Positions 13,446-28,244 of a stretch of 64,000 nt of DNA are shown piece after piece (position 1 is the first letter of the stretch; each line of letters begins with the position of its first letter). The stretch lies in NCBI RefSeq assembly GCF_009914755.1, contig NC_060940.1. The stretch is one strand, 5' to 3'. The translations under genes were made by a program, and so were the position numbers. The notes below the pieces were generated by a model, which made no database searches, had not been told where the DNA came from, and worked only from the letters and a program-made list of their open reading frames with translations. The stretch comes from the human T2T-CHM13v2.0 reference genome, Homo sapiens.

Positions 13446-14183
13446 AGTAGAGTCATGGTTAAAAAAATCAGATAATCTGGTTTCAAAACCTACAATTTTA
13501 GCAATTCTATTTTTCTCTGTAAAAAGACATGGAAAAGTAAGAAACCCAGAAATGACTGGGCAGCAACTAGAAGCAACTGGGACACAGCACTACTGTAAGC
13601 TCCAGGACATCTAGTCAACCTCGCAGTAGTAAAAAGATCCAGGACATACAGTCAGCCTCCCAGCAGTAAAACCTTGGTTGCTGTGAACACAGTTCTGAAT
13701 ACCGGCCTCCATTGCTCTCTACATCAGTTGCCTGCAATTTTGGTAAAGGAGTGACTTTGTTTCCACCTTGTCCTGAGCCTCTGCTTCCATCTTTATATTG
13801 TGGTCCTGCTTAGTCATGGCACCTGCCGTCCTTTGGCACTTGTCTCCCAAAAGCATCTCCTTCCTCACTCTACTCATGGATTTTCCTTTCCATCCTCTAT
13901 TTACCTCATTGCTTTGCTTCTTTTCAGGTTGTGGCTTCTATAAGCCACCCACTCACTCTAACTTACATTTTAATGTCCCTAAGAATGAATGTATTTGTGG
14001 TTCAGAAAATTCTGGGCCACTTTGTAGACTGCTGGTATGGAAAATAGATGGCATTTTCATCTCTGTGGAACAGATTAAGAGGTCAGGTGGTTATCTCTGT
14101 TACAGTCAGCTACCATGAGGATTGGGTCACCTGCCAAGAGGCCAAGAGGTCCATATAAGAAGTTCCTCAAAAAAATGTCTGTA

Positions 14184-14527
<344 letters not shown>

Positions 14528-14539
14528 CTATGAGACTTG

Positions 14540-15308
14540 CCATAACGGAGTCATGCTCTCACACCACAATAATCATCAACACAGAAGACTTCTGTGACTT
14601 CTGTGGGTTTTCTCCCCCTACACACCAAGTAGCAGATACCAGCTGGGTGTCATCTAATTCGGTGCCAACGCTCTCTACCCAGAGATTGTGTTAAATCCCA
14701 CAAGTTGAGTGCTCAGTGCCCACGACTGCCCTCCCTTAACACCAGTGGCAAGTTCAGGCCTCCGGAACTTCTTACATGCCGGCTTTAAGTTGGGGCTCCT
14801 ATGCCCCCCTCTTTGGGTTGAATTAATTTTCTGGAGCAGCTCCCAGAACTCAGGTAAACACTTATATTTACTGGCTTATTATAAAAGATATTGCAAAAGA
14901 CACAGATGATGATGTACGTAGGATGGGGTATAGGGGAAGGGACGCAGAACTTCCATGCCCCTGCTGAGCACGTCACCCTCCAGGAACTTCCACATGTTGG
15001 GCTATCCAGGAGCTCTTCGAACCCAGTTATGTTGGTTTTTTTAAGGAGGCTTCATGATCTGAGCATTCCTTCTCCCTGAGTATAGGGTGGGACCCTCTCT
15101 GGGGAGGGTCGTAAGACCCACAATGGGAAAGGGATGGGGGAAGCACGGAGTCCTGTCTTGGGGCAGGTGAAAAGAAGTCAGGAGAAAGTCAGAGTCCTGT
15201 CTCTGAGGCTTCACACACCCAACATTATAACACGTGACTGTTAACGAGGGCTATGGGGGTTATGATCCAGGAACCATGGAGGAAACTAATATACATCGTA
15301 ACACCACA
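14540..15308 (-). mobile_element. MER21-family LTR
   Basis: acttctgtgac...gataccagctgggtgtc...tctggagcagctcccagaactcagg...ccaggaaccatgg...aacaccaca. Confidence 0.8.
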
Positions 15309-15839
15309 GGGGGCATAACCAGAAGGCATTTTGTTAGGCTTGTCCAGAGCATTTACCCTGCATTCACAAATCGCCTTCTTTTTCTTCCTTAGCACCTTTT
15401 CACACATTGTAGATTCTTCCCTCACAAACGAAGTCTGGCTGACTCCTCATCTATGCCTATGCAGTCCCCTCCCCATAGTCAATGGACTTCTACACTGTAG
15501 GTTCAGCCCCACCCAGGGATCTGATTGCTCTGAATACAAGCCTCAGTCTATAGAGTAGAGCTTCTGGCTTCCAAACAGGTTCTTGAAACAAATCTGGTCT
15601 ACATGTTTTCTAAAATTAAAATCTCGTTGCACAAATTCTACATGAATATCTTATCCTTGTAATAAATTAAAAGATCAGAGATAATTCTAAAGTTCCTTTT
15701 GACCAAGAAACTTTAGAATTATCTCTACTCTTTTAATTTAATCTCGGGCTATCCCCTTCCCCTGGTGATAATTACATTACCATTTCTTCAATCTCTTTCT
15801 CTTTCTCTCCCTTACCCCTCATGATTATAGTGTAGAATT

Positions 15840-16500
<661 letters not shown>

Positions 16501-16599
16501 TGGTAACCTAGTTCAAATATATTATTCTTTGCCTTCTTATCTGGATCTGAAAGTATGTCCAGAAGACATATGTAGCATGCTAGTTCAAGTAGCAGCAAA

Positions 16600-16815
16600 C
16601 CAACATTCACTCCAGGCACTGTGCTAAGATATTTCATACATCTTAATGATCCTACAGAATCTTCTAAGTTAGACATTATAACCACATTACAGATGAGGGA
16701 TTTTAGGTTCAGTGAAATTAAGACAGTTCCCAAAACTCACATAACCATTAGGCAGTGGGTTCAGGGTTTGAATCTAGGTCTCTCAGATTACAAAGTCCAT
16801 GTCCTTAATAATACT
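16600..16815 (-). mobile_element. MIR relic
   Basis: ccaggcactgtgctaag...ttacagatgagg. Confidence 0.75.
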
Positions 16816-17689
16816 ACATGGATTTGCCTCTGTTGAATTTCTAGGACTTTGGCTTTGTCTGGCTCTCCCAAGAAAGAAGCAGATCCAGTGCCCAATCCCC
16901 AGCCTTGAAACAAGGCTTACCTTAGAATGATGGTTGACCCTCATGCTGCCAAGTGGCGGAGAGGTGTATTGTGAGAGGTGCAGAGAGAGGCATCAGGTTA
17001 TCTCAGCAGGTGGTGCACATAATCTGCAACCCACCTTATCTATGCAGTGGTCTGAACAATAGTGAGAGCTCCCCTCTAACAGAATAGACAGAATGTGTTT
17101 TTGCTCATGTGAATGTCATCCATTGTTGGTGTCCAGGGAAAATATAAAAAGTTGAACATTAATCTACTAGATTGATTCTCCAGGACACCTGTCTGAGAAG
17201 CTTGCCTCTAATTTGACAGATTGCTCCACTTTCTGAGCAGCCATTGACCCCCTCCAAGTCTGTTCAGTCCCAGTGTAGAAGAAGCCACGTATATTTGCAC
17301 TTACATAGGCCTGCCCGCCATACTTGAAGCCCCAGCCCCATGTCCTGCACTTGCTCAAGCTGCTCCCTGTGCTTGCAGTCCCCATCACTGCTTATCTCCA
17401 CAAATGTCCACAAACGGACCAACTCAGATGTCAAATTACCCACCCAACATGCCCTGATTCCTCCCGCTGGGAATTACCTCTTCATCCTCTAAACTCTCAC
17501 AGTATCCCCATCTTCCCCTGATCGATCATTCCCTATAAGGTATCTCAGTTATCTTTGCTTGAAACAAGTTAGCATATGAGCTAAAATTGGAGAGACAGGG
17601 AGGTTGGAGTGATGAGCTGCAAAACCTTGGGCAAGGTACTTAATCTCTCTGTGCTATAATTTTCTCACTGAATCCACTGTTTATCCTCA

Positions 17690-18160
17690 GTCAACATGAG
17701 TTCACCACATATTCATTGAGTGCCTGAACTGCACCAAGCCCACTGTTTATCCCCGGAGAAAGAAAGGTGAACAAAATGATAAGTTACTCTGTTCTCATGA
17801 AGCTTACATTTTAATCAGGGGAAATAGGCATCAATCAAAATACATCAGAACAAATTTGTAGAGTTATTCCTGTGATGGGTACTTGAAAGAGAGATATATA
17901 GGATATGCTATGGGAATTTGGTCTAAACAGGGTGTTCTGCTAGGGAAATTGAATTGAAATATGAAATATAAGCAAGAGTTAAGTAGAGAAAAAGAAGAAC
18001 GAAGCCCAGTGATGGCACAGTGGAATGCATGTGCAAAGGTCCTGGGGTGGCAGTCATTATATTTATTAGAAAAAGCTCAAGGAAGGCCATTGTGGCTGCA
18101 GTGCAGAATTGAGAGAGGGTGTGCTCTGAGATGAGGCAGAAGAGATAGTCAAATACATTC
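17690..18160 (-). mobile_element. L2 relic
   Basis: attcattgagtgcct...ctcatgaagcttacatt...gcaaaggtcctggggtgg. Confidence 0.7.
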
Positions 18161-19029
18161 AGAGTTTCCTCCAGGAAGCTCTCCTGGATTGATACAATGA
18201 AAATAAGAGAAGTCCTTGAGTCTCTGCCTTGGGACAGGTGTTAGGGTCTAACCCATTTGTTTATACGGATTAGAAGAAACAATATGTCCGTGAGTTCCCA
18301 TGTGGTTAAGATCATGTTATTCTTATGTTTATCTCAGGATATCACGCTTATTAGATATTAGAACATATGTGCTGTTGGTTCATACCTTTCCCTCAGTCAC
18401 CTAGAGTTTCATTTTGCTATTAGTTTGTGCATTTACTTTGATTTGTTCACAATGAAGGCTCACGAATTTGAATTCTACTCATTCAAGAATTTGTGATACT
18501 AAAAGAAAAATTGAGTTGACATTAGGAAGCACATAAGAAAGTTTTCAAGCCACGTTAGAAGTATTCAATTAGATACAAACAATTACGAGGCTAATTATAA
18601 ATCATTCCTACCTATTCATTAAAGCAGGTCCAAGATGGTAGTTAAAAGTAATAAAGCTGCATCTCTTTGCAAACAGTCCATAACTCAGGATGTTGCTAAT
18701 TCAAATTAGCCACCCCCTCAATCAAGGAGATTACTGAAGTGTGTTGGCTTGCTTGTTTTAAAATTAAATGGAACATCTTTCTTTTCTTATTATATAAGTG
18801 CACCTACAATGTAATAAATTTAGAAAATTCAGAACAGGACTGTGAGCATAGTGATGTGTTTTTTCATTCTCTTTAAATACAGCTTGATAAATTAATAGAT
18901 GGGTGGAGACATAGATGGATGAATAGGTAGATTGTTGAATTGGTCATAATATATTTCTAAATAGATATGCAGATTGATTTTCTAAAAATTGAGATCATAG
19001 CATGTCAGAGATTGTCAATTTTAACCAAC

Positions 19030-19200
19030 TACCCATGTTTTCCTATATCTCTCTGCCTTCTTTAAAGTTAATTGGGCTATAAGACCGGGTCTGGTCAAAG
19101 AGATGGGATAGAAGTAACACACACCATTTCCAGTCTTGGCAACACAACTCCCTCCACGATGTACCGCACCCTACTTCTGCCCTTCTGTCTTATGTTAAAA
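19030..19200 (+). mobile_element. LTR16/MLT-type old LTR fragment
   Basis: ctggtcaaagagatgggatagaagtaacacacaccatttccag resembles tggccaatgagatgtgagcagaagtga..ccacttcc. Confidence 0.4.
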
Positions 19201-20637
19201 GCCTCTTTGAGATCATCATGGCGGATGGGAGGCAGGACTAGATTGCACCTCTGGACACAGCGGTGTGTGGGGGCTTGCACTGTAAATTTTAGCTCCAGAT
19301 CGACTGCAAGAAAAAAACAGTAATTCCGAGAGGGCCCATAGACCCTCTAAAGGAAGCAGATTGTTCCTGCAGGACCTGGGAGAACCCTCAAAACCATGAG
19401 TGCCCCAATTACGGAAGTGGGAAAGGGAGGCCTTCCTCTCCCGAACACACACTCCCACTGGAGAAGCTGAAGGTCTGTTAGCCAGAGAAGTTTTTGACTT
19501 TACCTGGAGCTGAGTGACTTTGGAGAGCTGAGCGAAATACAGGGTTAGAGTAAGCAACAGAAAGGCTCTGGGAGCTCGCTGGGTCCCCAAGCAGTCCATT
19601 CCTGCCTGGCGCCACAGGGATTCAATGGGAGAGGAGCAGGGAGTGAAACTACCCAGGGAGAAGAAAATCTCTAGCTGAGATTTTCAACTTTGTAACAGTT
19701 TGAACCAGGCGAGAAGCCTCCTGGCCAGAACGCAAGGGAGGGTGCAAATCCAGTGTGCAGACTCCACTGGCAGCAAAAGAACCAAGCCCTTTTATTTCAC
19801 AGCTGGGAGGTGGGTAGCCTGGGGCAGGTTTTCAAACCTATATTGCTCTCCGCCTGGAAACAGACTGAGGGCTATTGGGGTGGTAAGGTGGGAGTGAGAC
19901 TGGCCCTTCCGGTTTGCATGGGAGCTGGGTGAGGCCTGTGACTGCTGGCTTTCCCTCACTTCCCTGACAACCTGAATGACTCAGCAGAGGCATCCATAAT
20001 CCTCCTAAGTACCCAACTCCAGTGACCTGGGAATCTCACCCGCAACCCCTACAGCAGCCCACAGCAAGACCCGCCCAAGGAGTGTCTGAGCTCAGATATG
20101 CCTAGCCCTGCCCCTGCCAGAGGGTCCTTCCTTACTCACCCTGGTAGTCTAAGACAAAGGGCATATAATCTTGGGAGTTCTAGGGCTCCACCCACCACCT
20201 GTCCCTCTCTATACTACTGCAGGTGATGCTCTCTGGAAAGCGCCACCTCCTGGCAGGAGGCCAACTAGCACAAAAATAGAACATTAAACCGCCAAAGCTC
20301 TCTCTCACGGAGTCCATTGCACTCCCCCCCACCTCCCCCACACCCCTGCCACCTCCACCTCCACTGGAACAGGCACTGGTATCCATGGCTGAGAGTCCCA
20401 TAGATGGTTCATATCACAGGACTCTGTGCAGACAACCCCCAGTATCAGCCCAGAACTGGGTAGACTTGCCAAGTGGCTAGACCGAGAAGAGACAACAATC
20501 ACTGCAGTTAGGCTCACAGGAAGCCACATCCATAGTAAAAGTGAGAGAGTACCTCATCAAAGGAACAACACGTGGGACAAAAGAATCTGAACAACAGCCT
20601 TCAGCCCTAGACCTTCCCTCTGAGAGAGCCTACCCAA

Positions 20638-21964
20638 ATGAAAAGGAACCACAGAAACAACTCTGGTAACATGACAAAACAAGGCCCTTTAACGACCCCA
20701 AAAAAATCACACTAGCACACCAGCTAGTGATCCAAACCAAGAAGAAATCCCTGATTTACCTGAAAAAGAACTCAGAAGGTCAGTTATTAAGCTAATCAGA
20801 GAGGGACCAGAGAAAGGCAAAGCCCAATGCAAGGAAACCCAAAAAAACGGTACAGGAAGTGAAGGGAGAAATATTCAAGGAAATAGATAGCTTAAAGAAA
20901 AAACAATAAAAAATTCAGGAAACATTGGACACACTTTTTGAAATGTGAAATGCTCTGGAAATTCTCAGCAATAGAAATGAACTAGTAGATGAAAGAAATT
21001 CAAGCTTGAAGACAAGTTCTTCAAATTAGCCCAATCCAACAAAGACAAAGAAAAAAGAATAAGAAAATACAAACAAAGCCTCCAAGAAGTCTGGGATTAC
21101 GTTAAATGACCAAACTTAAGAGTAATCGGTGTTCTGGCTGGGAGCCGTGGCTCATGCCTGCAATCCCAGCACTTTGGGAGGCCAAGGCAGATGAATCACC
21201 TGAGGTCAGAAATTCGAGACCAGCCTGACCAACGTGGAGAAACCCCAGCTCTACTAAAAATACAAAATTAGCCAGGAGTGCTGACACATGCCTGTAATCC
21301 CAGCTACTCGAGAGGCTGAGGCAGGAGAATCACTTCAACCTGGGAGGCGGAGGTTGCAGTGAGATGAGATTGCACCACTGCACTCCAGCCTGGGTGACAA
21401 GAGTGAAACTCCGTCTCAAAAAGGAAAAAAAAAATCGGTGTTCCTGAAGAAGAGAATTCCAAAAGCTTGGAAAACATACGTGGCGGAATAATCAAGGAAA
21501 ACTTCCCCAGTCTTGCTAGAGACCTAGACATCCAAATAAAAGAAGCACAAAGAACACCTGGGAAATTCATTGCAAAAAGAGCTTTGCCTGGGCACATTGT
21601 CATCAGGTTACCCAAAGTTAAGAGGAAGGAAAGAATCTTAAGAGCTGGGAGACAGAAGCACCAGGTAACCTATAAAGGAAAACCTATCAGATTAACAGCA
21701 GATTTCTCAACAGAAACCCTGCACGTTAGAAGGGATTGGGGCTCTATCTTCAGCCTCCTCAAACAAAACAATTATCAGCCAAGAATTTTGTATCCAGTGA
21801 AACTAAGCATCTTATATGAAGAAAAGATACAGTCATTTTCAGACAAACAAATGCTGAGAGAATTCTCCATTACCAAGCCATCACTACAAGAACTGCTAAA
21901 TGGAGCTCTAAATCTTGAAACAAATCCTGGAAACACATCAAAACAGAACCTCTTTAAAGCATAA
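20638..21964 (+). pseudogene. L1 ORF1p relic (disrupted; Alu inserted)
   Basis: IIKENFPSLARDLDIQIKEAQRTPGK...VTYKGKPIRLTADFS...YQPRILYPVKLS in ORF 21467-21964; frameshifts and stops upstream. Confidence 0.9.
21136..21432 (+). mobile_element. AluSp/Sq inserted in L1 ORF1
   Basis: ctgaccaacgtggagaaaccc and gacaagagtgaaactcc diagnostics; TSD aatcggtgttc at 21124-21134 and 21433-21443. Confidence 0.92.
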
Positions 21965-22050
21965 ATCACACAGGACCTATAAAACAAAACTACAAGTTAA
22001 AAAGCAAAAACAAAGAACAAAAAAACCAAAGTACACAGGCAACAAACAGC

Positions 22051-24204
22051 ATGATGAATGTGGCGGTACCTCACATTTCAATACTAACATTGAGTGTAAA
22101 TGGCCTAAATGCTCCACTTAAAAGATACAGAACTGCAGAATGGATAAGAACTCACAAACAAACCATCTGCTGCCTTCAGGAGACTCACCTAACACATAAG
22201 GACTCACATAAACTTAAAGCAAAGGGGTGGAAAAAAGGCATTTCATGCAAATGGACACCAAACGTGAGCAGGGGTAGCTATTTTTATATCAGACAAAACA
22301 AACTTTAAAGCAGTAGCAGTTAAAAGAGACAAAGAGGGACATTGTGTAATGGTAAAAGGCCTTGTTCAACAGGAAAATATCACAGTCCTAAACATATATG
22401 CACCTAACACTGGAGCTCCCAAATTTATAAAACAATTACTAATAGACCAAGCAATGAGATACACAGCAGCACAGTAATAGTGGGTGACTTCAATACTCCA
22501 CTGACAGCACTAGACAGGTCATCAAGGCAGAAAGTCAACAAAGAAACAATAGATTTAAACTATACCCTGGAACAAATGGACTTAACAAATATATACAGAA
22601 CGTTTCATCCAACAACTGCAGAATACACATTCTATTCAACAACACATGGAAATTTCTCCAAGATAGATCATATGATAGACCATAAACTGAGCCTCAATAA
22701 ATTTAAGAAAATTGAAATTATATCAAGCACTCTCTCAGACCACAGTGGAATAAAACTGGAAATCAAGTCCAAAAGGAACCTTCAAAACCATGCAAATACG
22801 TAAATTAAATAACCTGCTCCTGAATGAGAATTGGGTCAAAAACAAAATCAGGATGAGAATTTAAAAATTTTTCAAACTGAACGACAATAATGACACAACC
22901 TATCAAAACTTCTGGGATACAGCAAAGGCAGTACTAAGAGGAAAGTTCATAGCCCTAAATGCCTACATCAAAAAGACTGAAAGAGCACAAACTGGCCCTC
23001 TAAGGTCACACCTCAAGGACCTAGAGAAACAAGAAAAAATCAAACCCAAACCCAGCAGAGGAAAGAAAATAACTAAGATCAGAGCAGAACTAAATGAAAT
23101 TGAAACCAAAAAAATACAAAAGATAAATGAAACGAAAAGCTGGTTATTTAAAAAGACAAAATCGATAGACCATTGGCAAGGTTAACCAAGAAAAGAAGAG
23201 AAGAAATCCAAATAACCTCACTAAGAAACGAAACAGGAGATATTACAACTGACGCTACTGAAATACAAAAGATCATTCAAGGCTACTATGAACTCCTTTA
23301 AGCAAGTAAACTAGAAAACCTTGAAGAGATGGATAAACTCCTGAGAAAATACAACCCTCCTAGCTTAAATCAGGAAGAATAAAATACCCTGAACAGACCA
23401 ATAACAAGCAGTAAGACTGAAATGGTAATTTAAAAATTACCAGCAAAAAGAATTCCAGGACCACACAGATTCACAGCATAATTCCACCAGACATTCAAAG
23501 AATAATTTGTACCAATCCTTTTGACACTATTCCACAAGACAGAGAAAGAAGGAACCCTCCCTAATTCATCCTATGAAGCCAGCATCACCCTAATACCAAA
23601 ACCAGGAAAGGACATAACCAAAAAAGAAAACTACAGACTGATAGCCTTGATGAACATAGATGCTAAAATCCTTAACAAAATACTAGCTAACTGAATCCAA
23701 CAACATACCAAAAAGATAATCCACCATGATCAAGTGGGTTTCATACCAGGGATTACAGGGATGGTTTAACATACAGAAGTCAAGAAATGTGATACACAAC
23801 ATAAACAGAATTAAAAACAAAAATCACATGATCATCTCAATAGATGGAGAAAAAGCATTCGACAAAACCCAGTATCCCTTTATGATAAAAACTCTCAACA
23901 AAATCAGCATACAAGGGACATAGCTTAATGTAATAAAACCCATCTATGATAAACCCACAGCCCACATAATACCGAATGGGGAAAAGTTGAAAGCATTCCC
24001 TTTGAGAACTGGAACAAGAGAAGGATGCCAACTCTCACCACTCTTCTAGTATTGGAGGTCCTAGCTAGTGCAATCAGACAAGAGAAACAAATAAAAGGCA
24101 TCCAAATCGGTAAAGAGGAAGTCAAACTGTCACTGTTTGCTTATGATATGATCGTTTACCTTGAAAACCCTAAGTACTCCTCCAGAAAGCTCCTAGAACT
24201 GATA
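22051..24204 (+). pseudogene. L1 ORF2p relic (APE endonuclease + RT), many stops
   Basis: HISILTLSVNGLNAPLKR, CCLQETH, GDFNTPL, SKIDH, SDH endonuclease motifs; RT motif [12 protein letters not shown] (FADD degenerated). Confidence 0.92.
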
Positions 24205-24252
24205 CACTTCCACACTGCTGGTGGGAATGTACACTACCATAGCTGCTATGGA

Positions 24253-27200
24253 GTTAAAACATACTGCTTAATCACTTAACCACAAAAGAAGACAGTAAGA
24301 GAGAAAAAAGGAAGAAAGGATCTACAAAACAACCGGGAAATAAGTTACAAAATGACAGTAGCAAACTCTTACCTATCAATAATAACCTGGTTATTGTAAG
24401 AATTAAAGAAAGAGGAAAGAAACATAAAAGGTGGCTTGCCAGTTAAGACAGGTTTATTTCAGAGAAAATAAGCCTGATTGGGGCATTTGGCTGAGTTAAG
24501 TTAGAGGCACACTTTTTTTTTACAGACTAAGAGTTTTTAAGGATTTGGGGTGGGAGAGTTTATTAGAAACTTGGACTGCTTTTGTTTTTGTTTTTTTGTT
24601 GTCGTTGTGCTTATTTGGAAGGGAGAGTTGTGTGTTTGTTTTTATATATTTTTCTGCAGCTGCAGGCACACCCTCTAGTCTGCTTTTAGCTTTCCTATTT
24701 TAGTGCACCTGAAGGGAAAGGAATATACTTATTAAGGCCCACTGTCTTACTGGGGCCCATTGCATGAGGGTGCAGTTTGGCAGTTACTCAAGAGACTTTC
24801 CCCTGCCCTCTCTCTGTGCCTGAGCTGTTTTATCTGTGTTTTACTGTCTGCTTTTTCTGGCTGCTTGTGGTTAGAAAAGAAGTGATTTTTTTGAAATGCA
24901 TGAGGCTAGAAAGGGAGCTGGAACTTAAAGTCGTGGTGTTTGTCCAAGATGACAGTGCTCCTGCTCTGTCAGATATAAATGGATTACATTCACCAACTAA
25001 AAGGTACAGAGTGGCTAAATGAATTAAAAAAAACAAGATCCAATTATATGCTGTCTAAAAGAAACTCACTTCATCTATAATAACACAGACTAAAAGTGAA
25101 TAAATAGAAAAATATATTTCATGCAAGTGGAGACAAAAAAGAGCAGAAATAACTATATTTATATCAGATTAAATAGACTTTAAGTCAAGAATGGTAGAAA
25201 AAAAAAGACAAAGAATGTCATTATAAAATGATAAAGGGGCCAATACAGCAAGAGAATATATCACTTCTAAATATATATGCACTAAACACCAGGCACCCAA
25301 ATGTGTAAGGCAAATATTAATAGATCTAAAGGGAGATATTAACTATATCTCTTACTATTACAATAACAGTAGGAAACTTCAACATCCTACTTTCAACAAT
25401 GAGCTGATCATCCAGACAGAAAATAAAACATGAGAGTTAAGCTGCACTGTAGCACAAATGGACCTAACAAAAATTTATAGAACATTCCATCTAAAAGCTG
25501 CAGAATGCACATTTTCTTAACAGCAAATGGAACATTCTCCAGGATAAACTTACCATAAGTTATGTCATAAAACAAGTCTCAACAATTTTTTAAAAATAGA
25601 AATCATAAGTATATTTCCTCACTACAATGGAATAACCCAGAAATTAATAATAAGGGATGTTGGAAATTATTAATTCATGGAAATTAAACAACATACTTCT
25701 CAAAAACAAATGCACCAATGATGAAATTAGAGAAAAATAAAAAAACTCCTTGAGACAAATGAAAATGGAAACATGACATACCAAACCTATGGGATACAAC
25801 AAAAGCAGTTCTAAGAAGTAAGTTTATAGCAAAAATGCCTACATCAAAAAAGTAGAATGATCACAACAAGGAAACAACTTAATACCTAAAGGAACTAGAA
25901 AAGTAAGAACAAACCAAACCCCAAATTAGTAGAAGGAAAGTAACAACAAAGCAGAAATACACAAAATAAAGATTTTTAAAAATCAATGCAAAGGGTCAAC
26001 AAAACAGAGTTGGGTTTTTAAAAAGATAAAATAGACAAACCTTTAGCTAGACTAATGAAGACAAAAGAGAGAAGACTCTCCCACCAAAGAAGAGCCCAGG
26101 ACCTGATGACCTCATAGGTGAACCCTACTAAACATTTTAAAAATAACTAATATCAATTATTCTCAAACTCTTCCAAAAAACTGAAGAGAAAGGAATACTG
26201 CCAAACTCATTTTATGAGTCCCACATTACCTTGATTCCAAAACCAGATGAAAACACAACAACAAAAAAAGGAAATGACAGGCCAATATCCCTGATGAACA
26301 TAGGTGCAAAAATCCCCAACAAAATACTACCACACTGAATTCAATAACACATTTACAAAATCATTCACCATAATCAAGTGGGATTCATTCCAGGTATGTA
26401 ATGGTAGTTCAATATATGCAAATCAATAAATAGGTACATCTCATTAACAGACTCAAAGACAAAAACATATGATCATACCAACAGATGCTGAAAAAGCATT
26501 TGGTAAAATTCAACATCCCTTCATAATAAAAAACATGAAACAAGCTGGGTATAAGAAACTTACTTCAACACAATAAAGGCCATATATGACACACAGTTAA
26601 CATAATACTGAATGGGGAAAGATTGAAAGCTTTTTCTGTAAGATCTGGAACAAGACAAACAGGGGTCTACTTTTACCACTTTTATTAAATGTAGTACTGA
26701 ACGTTCTAGCCAGAGTAATTAGGCAAGAGAAAGAAATAAAGGTCATTCAAATAATTGGAAAGAAAGAAATTAAGTTGTCGCTGTTCTCAAACAACATGGT
26801 CATATATGTAGACAACCCTAAAGTCTCCACCAAAAAACTTTTAGAAGTAATAAATGAATTTAGCAAAGTTGCAGGATACCAAAATAACACACAAAATCAG
26901 TAGTGTTTCCATTGATATATTCCGGTGCAAACTACCTGAAAAAGCAATAAAGAAAGCAATTCCATTTACAGAATCTACCAAAAAAATACATGGGCATAAA
27001 CTTAACCAAGGGAGATGAAAGATCTCTACAATAAAAACTGTAAAACACTGTAAAGGAAATTGAAGAAGACATAAATAAAAAGATCTCCTGTATTCACAAG
27101 TTGGCTTTTGTTAAAATGGCCATATCACCCCAAATGATCAACAGATTCAATGACATCTATCAAAATACCAATGACATTCTCCAAAGAAATAGAAAAAACA

Positions 27201-28215
27201 ATCTTAAAATTTATATGGAAATACAAAAGACCCTGGAGAGCCCAGTTCATTTTGAGCAAAAAAACAAAGCTAAAAGCATCATACTACCTAACTTCAAAAT
27301 ATACTACAAAGCTATACAAACCTAAACAGCATGGTACTCATGTAAGAACAGAACCAAAGACCAATACAATAGAATACAGAATGCAGAAATAAATCTGTGC
27401 ATTTACAGTAACTGATTTTCAACAAAGACCTCAAAACAGACATTGGAGAAAGGACAATCTCTTCAATAAATGATGCTGAGAAAACTGGATATCTACATAT
27501 AGAGGAGTGAAACTAGATCTCTATCTCTCATCATATACACAGTTCAACTTTAAATTGGTCAAAGACTTAAAAGTAAGACCCCAAACTATGAAACTAGTGA
27601 AAAAAAAACACTAGGGAAATGACTCATGAAATTGGAACAGGCAAGGATTTTTTGAATAAGACCTCAAAAGCATAAGCAACAAAAGCAAAAATTGACAAAT
27701 AGGATTACATCAAATCAAAAAGCTTCTGCAACGCAAAGGAAACAATCAATAGAGTGAAGAAACAACCTACAGAATGGGAGAAATTATTTCCAAATTATGC
27801 ATCTGACAAGAGGTTAATACATAGACTATATAAGGAACTCAAAAAACTCAATAACAAAAAACCACAAATAATCCAATGTAAAAATGGGCAAAAACTTCAA
27901 TAGACATTCCTCAAAAGAAGACATTCAAATGGCCAACAGATGTATGAAAAAATGCTCATCTTTACTAATTATCAGGGGAATGCAAATCAAAACTACAATG
28001 ACACCTTATCCCAGTTGAAATGACTATTACCAAACACAAAAATAACAAATGCTGGTAAGTATGTGGAGAAAAGGGAATTCTTATGTACCACTGGTGGTGA
28101 TGTAAATTAGTACAGTCCTTATGGAAAATAGTACGGAGATTCCTCAGAAAATTAAATATATAGCTATCATATGATCCAGCAATCCCAATACTGGGTATAT
28201 ACCCAAAAAAGTCAT
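24253..28215 (+). mobile_element. L1MA-type LINE-1 (inter-ORF region and ORF2 relic), interrupted by an LTR
   Basis: ORF2 start aaaatgacagtagcaaactcttacctatcaataataacc; ORF 27150-27392 IPMTFSKEIEKTILKFIW; ends at atcccaatactgggtatataccc. Confidence 0.88.
24395..24971 (-). mobile_element. ERV1 solo LTR, MER61-like
   Basis: TG...CA termini (tgtaagaattaaagaaagaggaaag ... gctcctgctctgtca); imperfect TSD gttat/gatat; splits the L1 ORF2 start. Confidence 0.75.
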
Positions 28216-28244
28216 AGAAAAAAATTAAAAGGAGCAAATAAAAA

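Larger units (their letters stand above)
19212..24252 (+). mobile_element. L1PB-type LINE-1 (L1PBa 5'UTR, ORF1, partial ORF2), 3'-truncated
   Basis: 5' end atcatggcggatgggaggcaggactagattgc; recognisable ORF1 and ORF2 relics; no 3'UTR or poly-A. Confidence 0.92.

Noticed and set aside
21467-22803. L1 ORF1/ORF2 peptides as functional CDS
   Set aside because: Fragments of an old L1PB with an Alu insertion, frameshifts and stops.
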